A DNA stretch of 64,000 nucleotides. Origin: an uncultured Candidatus Rokubacteria bacterium. Lineage in GTDB: Bacteria > Methylomirabilota > Methylomirabilia > Rokubacteriales > CSP1-6. Location: assembly GCA_963789955.1 (NCBI GenBank), contig CAWBMV010000001.1, positions 224,001 to 288,000 on the forward strand, written 5' to 3'. Positions 51,056 through 61,408 of the stretch are shown here, piece after piece. Numbering within the stretch: the first letter of the stretch is position 1; every line of letters starts with the position of its first letter. A program made the position numbers and the translations under genes. Under the pieces are notes generated by a model. It ran no database searches. It was not told where the DNA came from and saw nothing but the letters and a program-made list of their open reading frames with translations.

Positions 51056-52093
51056 TCATCGAGCGGCCGTCCAATTTCTCCACAGTGTGAGAAGAAGGGC
51101 GATGGCCACCGGGCCGACGAAGAGCCCGATCGGCCCGAACGCTACCAGGCCGCCGAGGACGCCGAAGAATCCGAGCAGGAACGGAATCCGAGCTCCTCCG
51201 CTCAAGAACCACGACTTGATCACGTTATCGGTCATGCTGACCACCAAGACGCCCCATGCCAGAAACAGAAGGCCGCCGCCGATCCGTCCCTGCAGGATGA
51301 GCCAGACGGTTGCGGGTACGTAGACCAGCGGCGGGCCGATCGGCGTCAGCGCCAGGAATCCGGCGACCGCCCCGAGCAGCGCCGGCGAGCCGAGTCCTAT
51401 CGCCCACGCACCGAGCGCTACGAGCAGCGCCTGGGTGAGCGCGGTCGAAAGGGTTCCGTACATCACGGCGCGCACGGTCTCACCGAGCGTGTGGATGAGC
51501 GGGTCCACGCTCCCGCCCGCCACACGCCTCGCCGTGATGTGGATCTGCGGCACCAGCTCCCCGCCGTGGCGGTAGAAGAAGAACAGAGTCAGAAGGGTCA
51601 GGATCGCGTCGAGAGCGAGGCGCCCCACGTCACCGGCCGTCGTCGCGATGAGGCCGGCGAGCAGACCTGTACGGGCGATGACCCACTCCTGCATCTGAGC
51701 CGGGTTGGCGACGACTCCCTCGATCAGTCCGGCTGCCCGCTGGCCGATCCACGGGATGCCGCGAAGCGTCGCGGTGAGCGCGTTGGGGCCGCCGGCGAGC
51801 CAGGCCCGCAGGCCTTCGTACGCGTTCTGGAGCTCCAAAACGAGCGCCGTGGTGATCAGGACGGCTGGCACCACGACCACGAGCACCATGAGACCGGTCA
51901 TCACCGCGGCGCTGAGGCCCACGCGACCGCCCATGACGCGATCGACCCGCACGTGCAGGGGCCAGCTGGCGTATGCGAGGACCGCCGCCCAGGCGATGGG
52001 GACGATGAAAGGCCGCAGAACCACGAAGGACGTGAGCACGATGAGCGCTACTCCCGCGATTTGCGCCCATCGCCGCTCCAGGATCACGCTCAT
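51056..52093 (-). CDS. AI-2E family transporter
   Basis: PF..PI.WA..LA...WP, LFFFYR.G, DNVIK, GVLGG..AFG..GLFVGP. Confidence 0.9.
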   Translation of the reverse strand: MSVILERRWAQIAGVALIVLTSFVVLRPFIVPIAWAAVLAYASWPLHVRVDRVMGGRVGLSAAVMTGLMVLVVVVPAVLITTALVLELQNAYEGLRAWLAGGPNALTATLRGIPWIGQRAAGLIEGVVANPAQMQEWVIARTGLLAGLIATTAGDVGRLALDAILTLLTLFFFYRHGGELVPQIHITARRVAGGSVDPLIHTLGETVRAVMYGTLSTALTQALLVALGAWAIGLGSPALLGAVAGFLALTPIGPPLVYVPATVWLILQGRIGGGLLFLAWGVLVVSMTDNVIKSWFLSGGARIPFLLGFFGVLGGLVAFGPIGLFVGPVAIALLLTLWRNWTAAR

Positions 52094-52273
52094 TCGCAGC
52101 ACTCTAGACCGGCCCGACGCGCTGCGCCACCGTGGTGGCCTGACGCGGGTGGTCCATCGCTGAGCAAACTTCGTCGTTTCAGGGCGGTAAGAATCGCGCC
52201 ACTCGCGGCCCCCTCGTGGCCGGAAATTCGAAAAACATCAACCAATACAGTGTGTTACTGGCGTGGCCTCGAA

Positions 52274-52289
52274 TGGTATCGCCTTTGCG
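52274..52289 (+). promoter_or_regulatory. Sigma54-type promoter
   Basis: TGGTATCGCCTTTGCG (GG-N10-GC), preceded by an AT-rich tract. Confidence 0.5.
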
Positions 52290-52316
52290 TTAGTACCCGT
52301 GCAGGAGGGAAAGGCG

Positions 52317-52505
52317 ATGATCAGCACGATGGTTCGCACGCTCTCACGGGTTCCGATCTCGCTCCGCGGCCTCGCCGTCTGCGTGGCTTGCGAGGAGTGC
52401 TTCGAGCTGGGCGATCCGACCTGCCCGTCTTGCGGCAGCGACGAGTACGTCCCGCTTCTTCATCAGCTCGAGGGCCGCATCCTCAACATGACGAGCAACA
52501 ACTAA
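52317..52505 (+). CDS. Small Zn-ribbon protein
   Basis: RBS GGAGG; CVACEECF...CPSCGS. Confidence 0.7.
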   Translation: MISTMVRTLSRVPISLRGLAVCVACEECFELGDPTCPSCGSDEYVPLLHQLEGRILNMTSNN

Positions 52506-52666
52506 GTGCTGGTTCGGCGCGCCGGGTTGAGATCGCTCGATCGTCCAGCCGACGCTTCAACGGCTCGGAGAGCTGAGCGTTCTGGGGCCCCCGCCAACCA
52601 GCCGGCTGCGGTTTCTCTCGGACCGACCCCTCGATAGTCCGGCCGACCTTCACACCCGAGCAGCGA

Positions 52667-53443
52667 TCAGCGCCCCTGCCAGTCAGGCTTTCGCTTTTCG
52701 AGGAACGAGCGCACGCCTTCGTGGAAGTCTCGGCTCAGATAGCAGGACAGGATGAGATCGTCGAGGTCTCGGGGCGCCAGCACGGCCAGCATCCGGCGCG
52801 TGGCCTCTTTCGTCGCGGCGATCGTGAGCGGAGCCAGCTCGGCCAGGCCCGCGGCGAGCTCCCGCGTGCGTGACTCGAGCTCCGGCGCCGGATGGACACG
52901 ATCGATCAGCCCGATCGTTTTGGCCTCCTGAGCGTCGAGCAGCCGCGCCGTCAGCACGATTTCGCGAGCACGGTTGGGACCGAGCACCGACACGAGCAGG
53001 GTGAGGCTCACCGGCGCCAGGAAATTCCCGAGCGTGCGGGCCACCGGGATGCCGAAGCGCGCGTGCGGGGCGGCCAGCCTCAGATCGCACGCCAGCGCGA
53101 TGAAGAGCCCGCCACCGATCGCGTCGCCCTGCAGCATGGCGATCGTGGGTTTGCTCATGCCGGCCAGCTTCGAGAGCACCCGGGTCAGACGAGCCTCGTA
53201 GTCGAGCGCGTCCTGGCGGGTCTCGAAGTCGAGGAACTGGCGGATGTCGGTGCCGCTCGCGAACGCCTTGTCACCCGCGCCCCGCAAAATGACCGCGCGC
53301 ACGGCCGGATCGGTGTCGAGGGTGGCGCACGCATCGTGCAGCGCCTCGTACATCTCGAACGTCATCGAGTTGCGCGCGTCGGGACGATTGAAGGTGAGCA
53401 GCGCGGTGGGCCCGTCGCGCTCGACGAGGAAGTGGTCCGTCAT
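52667..53443 (-). CDS. Enoyl-CoA hydratase/isomerase family protein
   Basis: TFNRP..RN, AFASGTDI, AIGGG, CDLR, DFHEG..SFLEKR.P.W.GR. Confidence 0.9.
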   Translation of the reverse strand: MTDHFLVERDGPTALLTFNRPDARNSMTFEMYEALHDACATLDTDPAVRAVILRGAGDKAFASGTDIRQFLDFETRQDALDYEARLTRVLSKLAGMSKPTIAMLQGDAIGGGLFIALACDLRLAAPHARFGIPVARTLGNFLAPVSLTLLVSVLGPNRAREIVLTARLLDAQEAKTIGLIDRVHPAPELESRTRELAAGLAELAPLTIAATKEATRRMLAVLAPRDLDDLILSCYLSRDFHEGVRSFLEKRKPDWQGR

Positions 53444-56400
53444 CCGAGCCGTCGCGGGGTCACCCCGAAGCCCCAGTCCCGAAGGTCCTGATCGAGCTGC
53501 TCGCGCCGCCGCTCGGCGCGCCGCCGCTCCTCGGTCAGCTCCTCGAACCGCTGGCGCTGCTCGCCGCGGCGCCGATCGAGGAGCACCCGGATCCTCGCGG
53601 CGCCGGAGAGCTCTTGAGCCAGGAAGTCGTAGAGGTCGGGCTGCGAGCGGGCCACGATGAAGAGGTGCCCGAGCTCGGTCACTTCCTTTTCGGGCTGCTC
53701 CCGGCCGGAGCGCATGTCGAGCTCGTCGAAGGCCCGCTGCGCCTGCGAACGGCGCTGCGCGGCGGCCTCGACGTCGCCCAGCCGCGACTCGAGCGGCGCC
53801 GAGGCTCAGCAGGCACGACGCGACGAGCGGGCGCAGCCCGAGCTCGGCGGCGAGGCGCAGCGCCTCTTCGTACCGCGTGCGCGCTTCGCTCGGGTCCGCG
53901 GGGACGCGGCGGGCGGCGATGTCGCCCAGCACCTGAAGCGCCTGCGCTTCGTGCCCGCGCTCGCCGTGCTCGCGCGCCATGTCCAGAGCCTGGCGCGCCG
54001 TGTCGAGCGCCTTTTGATGCTGACCGTCGGCCAGAAAGCCTTCCGCGAGATTGACGAGCCAGGCGGCGAGATACGCGCGGATGCCCAGCTCACGGCTCAG
54101 GGCCACGCCGTCCTCGAGCAGGCGAAGCCCCTCGGGCACGTGGCCCATGCGGACGAACGCGAGGCCGAGCAGCGAGAGCGGAATCGGCAGCCACACGGTG
54201 AGGTGCTTCTTGCGGCAGGCTTCCAGTCCGCGCTCGAGCGGCATCACGGCGCGCGCCAGGCGCCCGCGCCGGATCCATACGAGCCCGATCAGGGTCCAGG
54301 CGATCAGACGGCCGTACGCGTGCTGCGTGGTCTCGGCGGCGCGTTGCGCCTCGGCCAGGTACGAATTCGCCGCGTCGAACGCGCCGCGGTCGGCGAGGCT
54401 GAAGGCGAGCCACCCGCACGAGGCGACGTACGAGATCGTCGCTTGATCGCCGGCGGTCGTGTCGATGTTCTCGCGGAGCGCGCGTTCGGCCCGGGCGTAG
54501 TCGCCCTGGGCGTGATAGCTCTGGCCCATGTACTGGCGCGCCAGTCCCTGGAGCGCGGCATCGCCGATGGCGCGGCCCACGTCGAGACAGCGCTGGCCGT
54601 ACTCGATCGCCTGCTTCGTCTCGCCCTTGAGATAGTGGTAGTTGATCAGATAGGTGTAGACGCGAGCCAGACGCGCCTCGTCGCCGAGGTCGCCGGCCAG
54701 GCGCTCGGCTTCGCGCGAGACGCTCAGGACGTCGTCGAGCCGGCCGAGCTGCAGGAGCGGCGGGCGCAGGTCCAGGCGAAGGTCGATCGCCTGCTCGCGC
54801 GTCTCACGCGTCTCCGGGAGCCGCTTGAGCGCGGCGAGCGCGTCTTGAAAGGCCTGGACCGCTTCGGTGTTCGCCGCATGCAAGACCGCGCGCGCGCCGA
54901 CCTGCCGGTTGTACACGAGCGCTTTCGCCCACACCTCGCCCCGCGATGCATGGAACGCGAGCTGGTCGATATGGCTCGTGCGACGGTCGTGGTAGAGCCG
55001 CTCGATCGCCTCCACGATCCGCGCGTGCAGGACCCGCCGCTGCTCGCGCAGCAAGCTCGCATAGGCGACGTCGCGGGTGAGCGCGCTCTTGAAGCGGTAG
55101 ACGACGTCGGGGAACAGGCTCGCCTCGTAGAGAAAGCCGGCGCCTTGCAGGCTCGCCAGCGCGCGTCCGACGCTCTCGGCCGGAACGTCCACGATCGCCT
55201 CGAGCAGCGCTTGCGGCACGTCCGAGCCGACCACGGCGGAGGACTGGAGCAAGAGCTTCTCGTCGTGCGGAAGCCGGTCGATGCGGGCGGCCAGGACGGC
55301 CTGGACCGTCAACGGCACCTGGAGCGTCTTGAGCTCGGCGCCCATCCGATAGGCGCCGCGCTCGCCCACGAGCACCTTGGTCTCGACGAGGGTGCGGACG
55401 ATCTCTTCCAGGAAGAACGGGTTGCCGTTGCTCCGCTGGATCAGAAGGTCGCGCAGGGCTCGGAGCGAGCGGCTGTCCCCGAGCAGCTCCCGGAGCAGCT
55501 CGTCGGTCGCCGCCGACGAGAGCGCGTCGATCTCCAGATGATTGAAGCCGGCGCGCCCGGCCCAGTCGTGCTCGTATCCGGGCCGGTAGTCGACGAGCAG
55601 CAGCAGGCGCGCGGTCGGGATCCGGTCGAGGAGGCTATCGAGAAAGGCCTGCGTCTCGGCGTCGACCCACTGGAGGTTCTCGAGAACGAGCACGAGCGGC
55701 TGGCGCTCGGTCTCCTTCAAGAGCACGTGCGTGAGCGCGTCGACCACCCGGTCGTGCCGCTCGCGCGCGTCGAGCTGTCGAAACGGATCGTCCGATGGCA
55801 ACGCGTCGAGCAGCGACAGGGTCGGCGCCACCGCCTCGCCCAGCCCGGGATCGAGCTCGCGGATGATCGCGGCGATCTTCTCGGCCACCCGTGAGGCCGG
55901 GTCGAGCGCGTCGAGCTCGAAATACGATCGGAGCAGCTCGATGATCGGGCGATACGACGCCGCTCGCTCGTACGAGTGCGAGCGGCCTTCGAGGATGCGC
56001 CACGTCTGGGTCTTCGCCGAGCGAAGGAACTCGTGGATGAGCCGGGTCTTGCCGACACCCGCCTCCGAGCTGACCGCCGCGATCTGACCGTGGCCGGTGC
56101 GCGCGAGCTCGAGCAGCGTGTGCAGCCGGTCGAGCTCCGCGACGCGCCCGATGAATCGCGAGAGCTGCTGCGTGTCGGCGGAACGCAGCCTCGAGCGCGC
56201 CGGCGCCCCGCCGACGAGCTCGGAGACCTCGACGGCCGCGTCGAGTCCTTTGACCGGCCGGGCGCCGAGTGCAGTGACCTGCACGGCGCTCTCCGCGAGC
56301 CGGACCGTGCTCGGCGCGACGAGGATGGTGCCCGGGTCCGCCATCTGCTCCATGCGGGCCGCCAGGTGGGTGGTTTGACCCACCGCCGAGTAGTCCACCT

Positions 56401-56923
56401 TGAGGTCGCTCCCGATCGAGCGCACCACGACCTCGCCGGAGTTGAGACCGACGCGGATCCTGACCGAGATGCCCTCGGTCTTCTGGATCAGCTCGGCGTA
56501 GCGCCCGACGGATTCCTGCATCCGCAGCGCGGCGTAGCAGGCGCGCACCGCGTGGTCCTCGTGCGCGAGCGGCGCGCCGAAGAGCGCCATGATGCCGTCG
56601 CCCATCACCTGGTTGACCGTGCCTTCGTAGCGGTGGACCGCCTCCATCATGCGCTCGAGGACGGGGTCGAGCAGCCGGCGAGCCTCCTCGGGATCGCGGT
56701 CGACGAGGAGCTCCATCGAGCCCTTGAGATCCGCGAAGAGGACGGTGACCTGCTTGCGCTCGCCGATCATCGCGGCGCGCGAGGTCAGGATCTTGTCGGC
56801 GAGGTGCGGCGGCGTGTAGGCCTTGGGTACGGCGGTGGGTGTCGCCGCCGTGAGGCTGGTGCCGCAGCCGTTACAGAATCGGGCGCTGTCCGGGTTGTCC
56901 TGCTGGCAGGCCGGACACTTCAT
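53440..56923 (-). CDS. Double Zn-ribbon - class III adenylate/guanylate cyclase - AAA ATPase - TPR protein (frameshift near 53800)
   Basis: CPAC..FCNGCG, VLFADLKGS, GDGIMALFGAP, AARMEQ, EAGVGKTRL, GNPFF.EE. Confidence 0.9.
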
Positions 56924-57759
56924 CCTTTGACGCTCCCGGCCGTGAGCCCTTCCACCATATAGCGCTGGAGGTAGGTATAGACGAGGATGACCGGGAGTGT
57001 GGTGAGGACGGCGCCGGCCATCAGGTAGCCCCAGCCGTAGACGTCGCCCGTAATGAACGTGGAAAGGCCGACCGGCAGCGTCCGCTGCTTGACGTCGCTG
57101 ATGAACACGAGGGCGTACAGGAATTCGTTCCAGGCCTGCGTGAACGCGAAGAGGCCCGCCGCCAGCACGCCGGGCGCCGCGAGCGGCAGGATGATGCGCC
57201 GAAACGCGCCGAAGCGCGTGGCGCCGTCGATCATCGCCGCCTCTTCCAGCTCCTCCGGGATCGAGCCGAAGTACCCCATGAGGAGCCACGTCACGAACGG
57301 CACCGTGAAGGACGGGTAGGCGGCGATGAGCCCGGCCAGGCTGTCGGCCAGCCCCATCGTGCGAATCTGCGCGTAGAGCGGGATGAACAGGATCGACGGC
57401 GGCACCAGGTACGTGATCAAGGTCGCGCTCGACAGGAAGGCGCGGCCCAGGAAGCGCAGCCGCGCCAGCGCGTAGGCGCCGAGGGTGCCGATGGCCGTCG
57501 CGACGAGCGTGCTCGACACCGCGACGAGCGCGCTGTTGCGGAACCAGACCGCGAAGTCGGTCTTGGTCAGGAGCTGGGTGTAGTTCTCGAGCGCGAACGG
57601 CGAGGGCCAGAACATCGAGACCAGGCTGCGCATCTGGTCCTCGGTCTTGAACGACGTGACCGTCATCCAGTAGAACGGAAACAGGACCAGCAGCAGCAGG
57701 AGGCCCAGGAACGTATAGGCGACCGCGGTCTGGAGCCGTTCGATCGCGTCCCGGTTCAC
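56920..57759 (-). CDS. Carbohydrate ABC transporter permease
   Basis: EEAAMIDGA, AWNEFLYAL, GLTAGSVKG. Confidence 0.9.
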   Translation of the reverse strand: MNRDAIERLQTAVAYTFLGLLLLLVLFPFYWMTVTSFKTEDQMRSLVSMFWPSPFALENYTQLLTKTDFAVWFRNSALVAVSSTLVATAIGTLGAYALARLRFLGRAFLSSATLITYLVPPSILFIPLYAQIRTMGLADSLAGLIAAYPSFTVPFVTWLLMGYFGSIPEELEEAAMIDGATRFGAFRRIILPLAAPGVLAAGLFAFTQAWNEFLYALVFISDVKQRTLPVGLSTFITGDVYGWGYLMAGAVLTTLPVILVYTYLQRYMVEGLTAGSVKG

Positions 57760-58700
57760 TTCGCGTGACTCCGGCGCATGTACCGCGAGAGCACGATGAT
57801 CACCATCGCGAGCGCCGGCAGCATGTAGAGCGCGGCGGCGATCGCCTCGCCGAGCCGCTGGGCACCGAAGGCCATCTCGTAGGTGAAGACCGGGATCACC
57901 TGCGTGGCGCCGCCCGGACCGCCCTTGGTCAGGATGTAGACGATCGCGAAGTCGTTGAAGGTCCAGATCGTCGACAGCAGCATCACGATGATGATGATGT
58001 TGCGGAGCGCCGGCAGCGTCACGTGGCGGAAGCGCTGGACGATGTTGGCGCCGTCCACCGACGCGGCCTCGTACTGCTCGCCCGGAATCGCCTTCATCCC
58101 GGCCAGGAACGAGATCCCGAAGAACGGAAACCCGCGCCAGATGTTGACGAAGATCACCGACGCCATCGCCGTGCCGGCCTCGCTGAGCCAGCCGACGCCC
58201 TGCGGCAGGATGCGGAAGACCTTGACCAGGAGATAGTTCAGGACGCCGAGGCTCGCGTCGAAGATCCAGAGGAAGTTCAGCGCCGACACGACGGTCGGCG
58301 CGACCCACGGGATCAGCAGGAGGCCGGTGAAGAGATTGCGGTAGCGGATGCGCGAGGTCAGCACCAGCGCCATCACCATGCCCAGGACGAGCTTGAAGCC
58401 GACCGAGGCGAACGTGAAGACGAACGAGTTCCAGACGGCGCGCCGGAAGAAGCCGTCGTAGGCCAGGCGCACGTAGTTCTCGAAGCCGACGAAGACGGGC
58501 GGCACGCCGACGTACTTGCGGGTCAGGCTCAGGTACACCGCGTAGCAGAACGGATAGGCGACCAGCGCCAGCACCATGACCACGATCGGCAGCACGAAGA
58601 GGTAGCCCAGATGCCAGTCGGCCCCGAGCCGGCGCCGGAGCGCGGTGCGCGGTCGGGCCGCGCGCGCTCGCTCGACTGGGATCTGGGCGACGGTAGCCAT
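57756..58700 (-). CDS. Carbohydrate ABC transporter permease
   Basis: YEAASVDGA, TKGGPG. Confidence 0.9.
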   Translation of the reverse strand: MATVAQIPVERARAARPRTALRRRLGADWHLGYLFVLPIVVMVLALVAYPFCYAVYLSLTRKYVGVPPVFVGFENYVRLAYDGFFRRAVWNSFVFTFASVGFKLVLGMVMALVLTSRIRYRNLFTGLLLIPWVAPTVVSALNFLWIFDASLGVLNYLLVKVFRILPQGVGWLSEAGTAMASVIFVNIWRGFPFFGISFLAGMKAIPGEQYEAASVDGANIVQRFRHVTLPALRNIIIIVMLLSTIWTFNDFAIVYILTKGGPGGATQVIPVFTYEMAFGAQRLGEAIAAALYMLPALAMVIIVLSRYMRRSHAK

Positions 58701-58720
58701 GGGTCGGCGCGCGCTCGCCG

Positions 58721-60091
58721 CTACTTGCCTCCTCTGATCTTGTAGACTTCCTCGATGCGGCCGTGCGTTTCCTTCAGCGCGGCCTCGAGCGAGAGCCCGG
58801 CCGTCACGACGCGGCCCGCCATGTCGCACAGCATGTACTGCGCCTGCACCTCGATGGCCGCGGGCGTGATCGGGCCGGGATAGCCGGGCCACATGCTGCG
58901 CAGGATGTTCTGCAGCATGCCCTCGTAGTTCGGGTCGCTCTTCCAGTACGGATGCTCGGCGCGCGACTTGTACACCGGGCCGGCCTGGCCGCTGCACGCC
59001 TTCATGTACTCCTCGAAGCGCTTCTCGTCCTCGACCCAGCGGATCATGTCCTCGGCCAGCTCGTGGTGCTTCGACTTCTGGAAGACGCCCCAGTTGTAGG
59101 CGCCGGCGAAGACGAACGAGCCGGCCGGCCCGCCCGGCGTGAGGATGACCTGGGTTTTCTCGAACAGCGGGTGCTTCTTCGCCACCATCGCGTAGAAGAG
59201 GCTGGCGCCGTTGTTGGTGGTGACGAGCTTGCCCGCCATGTACGCCTCGTTGTTGCTCGCGTCGTTCCAGCCCATGACGCCGGGCGGCTGGACCTTGTGC
59301 TTCTGGATCGTGTCGACCGCGAACTGGAGCGCCGCCATGTTCGCCTTGAGATTCGACGTCGCGAGCGCGGGCTTACCGTCCTTGTCCCAGGCGCTCCCGC
59401 CGTAGTTCCACAGGATGTTCTGCATGAAGCCGTTGCCGTCGTCGCACCGGTTGAGCGTCTGGCCGAAGCCCCAGATGTCCTTCGACGGGTCCTGGCACTT
59501 CTTGGCGACGTCGATCACGTCGGGGTCGTACACCTTCGGCATCTTGAGGCCCTTCTCCGCGAGCAGGTCCTTGCGGACGTGCAGCCCGCCGCCGAAGGCC
59601 AGGCGCGCGATGCCGAAGTACTGGCCGTTGAACTGCACGACCCGATCGGCGTACGGCAGGAGACCGCCGCGCGCCGCCGCGAGCTCCTTGGCCAGCTTGG
59701 TCACGTCGCGCAGCGCCGCCTTGTAGCGCATCGGTCCCTGGTAGTTCATCTCGGCGACGTCGGGCGGGTTGCCGGCCTCGATGGCGGCGACGAACTTCTG
59801 CTCGCGGTCGCCGAAGGTGGCCCAGTCGAACTCGGGCTCGACGTTGCGCTCCTTCGCCCAGGCCTCGACGTGCTTGGCGAGGATGTCGTTGCCGCCGGTC
59901 ACGTAGCTCTTGAAGAGCCAGATGCGGAGCTTGGTCTTCGGCTGCGCCGACGCCATGCCGCGCAGCACGGCCAGGCCGGCGGCGGTGCCGCCGGTGAGCA
60001 CGGCGGATTTCCGGAGGAACTCGCGGCGGGCGATCAGGCCCGCGTCGAGCTCGGCGGCGAGCCCCTTCAGGCGCGCGTCGGTCGTGATCAT
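58721..60091 (-). CDS. Tat-exported extracellular solute-binding protein (family 1)
   Basis: RREFL twin-arginine signal; AG.PPDV, WNDASNN. Confidence 0.85.
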   Translation of the reverse strand: MITTDARLKGLAAELDAGLIARREFLRKSAVLTGGTAAGLAVLRGMASAQPKTKLRIWLFKSYVTGGNDILAKHVEAWAKERNVEPEFDWATFGDREQKFVAAIEAGNPPDVAEMNYQGPMRYKAALRDVTKLAKELAAARGGLLPYADRVVQFNGQYFGIARLAFGGGLHVRKDLLAEKGLKMPKVYDPDVIDVAKKCQDPSKDIWGFGQTLNRCDDGNGFMQNILWNYGGSAWDKDGKPALATSNLKANMAALQFAVDTIQKHKVQPPGVMGWNDASNNEAYMAGKLVTTNNGASLFYAMVAKKHPLFEKTQVILTPGGPAGSFVFAGAYNWGVFQKSKHHELAEDMIRWVEDEKRFEEYMKACSGQAGPVYKSRAEHPYWKSDPNYEGMLQNILRSMWPGYPGPITPAAIEVQAQYMLCDMAGRVVTAGLSLEAALKETHGRIEEVYKIRGGK

Positions 60092-60276
60092 TTGGAGTCG
60101 CTCGCCAGCTTTCCGTTGACGCCCCAGTTCGACCGCTCCACGTCCTGGAAGACGATCTGAACCTGGTCGGCGGTCGTCTTGCCGATCTTCACCATCGCTT
60201 CGGTGATCGCGGCGGTGATCTCGCGCTTCTGCTGGTCGGTGCGTCCTGCGTACCACTGGATCGTGATGTTGGGCAT
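60088..60276 (-). CDS. 4-oxalocrotonate tautomerase family protein
   Basis: N-terminal Pro, GRT.QQK, NWGVNG; RBS GAGGAG. Confidence 0.9.
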   Translation of the reverse strand: MPNITIQWYAGRTDQQKREITAAITEAMVKIGKTTADQVQIVFQDVERSNWGVNGKLASDSK

Positions 60277-60518
60277 GGCCTCTCTCCTCGATTTATCGGC
60301 ACGCCTCGACCGGCGGAGCCTGAGCCCCGCGACGGCCTGCAGCGCGCACGTCCGGGTGCTGCGTGGCAGCGATTATCGCAGTGGGCCGTCCGCCGGGCAA
60401 GGCAGCGTCACGCCGGGAACTGTGGCGCGGCGGCTGCGCGAGAAGATGCTCGAGCGCAGCGATCAGCGTCGAAGCGTACCGGCGCAGGATCGCCGAACCC
60501 TGACGAGAGCCGGCTCGG

Positions 60519-61328
60519 TCAGGCGCGGTGTCGGCGCCGGGTGGCTCGTCGAGCTCCGGATGTGTCGCGCGACGGGCTCGGCGCTCGTCGCCGAGAGTCA
60601 GGTCGTGCACGTGGCGATGATCTGACGGGCGGCGCCTCCGGCGTGCGGCCAGCCCGGAGCAGGAAGAGGCGTAGCATCCGCTCGTCGAAGTCCGCGTCGA
60701 ACGTCGGCGTCGGCGGATACCGATGGTAGAGCGAGTGTGCCTCGAGCACCTGGAGTCCTGACGATCGGGTCAGGCGGGCCAGATCGTCGAAGCCCGGCAG
60801 GACGTGCAGGATGTCGGCCCAGATCGACCGGGGATGACCGGCGAACATCTCGCTGAGCATGACGTCCACGATCAGGAGCGCGCCGGGGGCCGCGAGCGTC
60901 ACGAGGTGGCCGAAGCCCCGCGCGAGCTCGCGGTGATCGCGCGCGTGGTTGAGCACGGCGCCGAGCGCCGCCACGATCGAGAACGGGCCGCGCGCCCCGA
61001 GCGCGGCGACGTCTCGCGCGTCGAAGATGTCGGAGCGCTCGAGCCGGCCGGCGAGGCGCGGATGGCGCGCGGCCGCGCTTTCCAGGAGCTCGGGCTGAAC
61101 GTCGGTCATCAGGACGTCGTAGCCGTGATCGAGCGCGGTCACGGCCAGATCGCCCAGGCCGCCGCCGATCTCGAGCCACCGGGCGCCGATCCCAAGCTCA
61201 CGACGATATCGGGCGACGGACTGCCAGAGGTCGAACGACGCCGGGGTGAGGTAGGAGGTGATCTCGTCGGCGGAGATGCCGAGGTAGTAGTCCTTGATCT
61301 CCCGCCGCCGCTGTCTATCGGAGCGCAT
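60519..61328 (-). CDS. Class I SAM-dependent methyltransferase
   Basis: LEIGGGLG motif I, TDVQPELL, PGALLIVD; 3' end uncertain. Confidence 0.75.
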   Translation of the reverse strand: MRSDRQRRREIKDYYLGISADEITSYLTPASFDLWQSVARYRRELGIGARWLEIGGGLGDLAVTALDHGYDVLMTDVQPELLESAAARHPRLAGRLERSDIFDARDVAALGARGPFSIVAALGAVLNHARDHRELARGFGHLVTLAAPGALLIVDVMLSEMFAGHPRSIWADILHVLPGFDDLARLTRSSGLQVLEAHSLYHRYPPTPTFDADFDERMLRLFLLRAGRTPEAPPVRSSPRARPDSRRRAPSPSRDTSGARRATRRRHRA

Positions 61329-61408
61329 GCTGTGTAGCGGGGTCCGCGAGTTCGGCTCGGGCCGAGGGTGGCCTGAGATAGGTGCGTGTGGCTCCGACAC
61401 GCCCGAAC

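Noticed and set aside
52667..57289. 1540-aa cyclase-enoyl-CoA hydratase fusion
   Set aside because: Produced by a frameshift near 53800. The cyclase ends at 53440 with an ATGA overlap to the hydratase.
60293..60625. ORFs on either strand between the tautomerase and methyltransferase genes
   Set aside because: No recognisable motifs or RBS; cannot be supported as genes.
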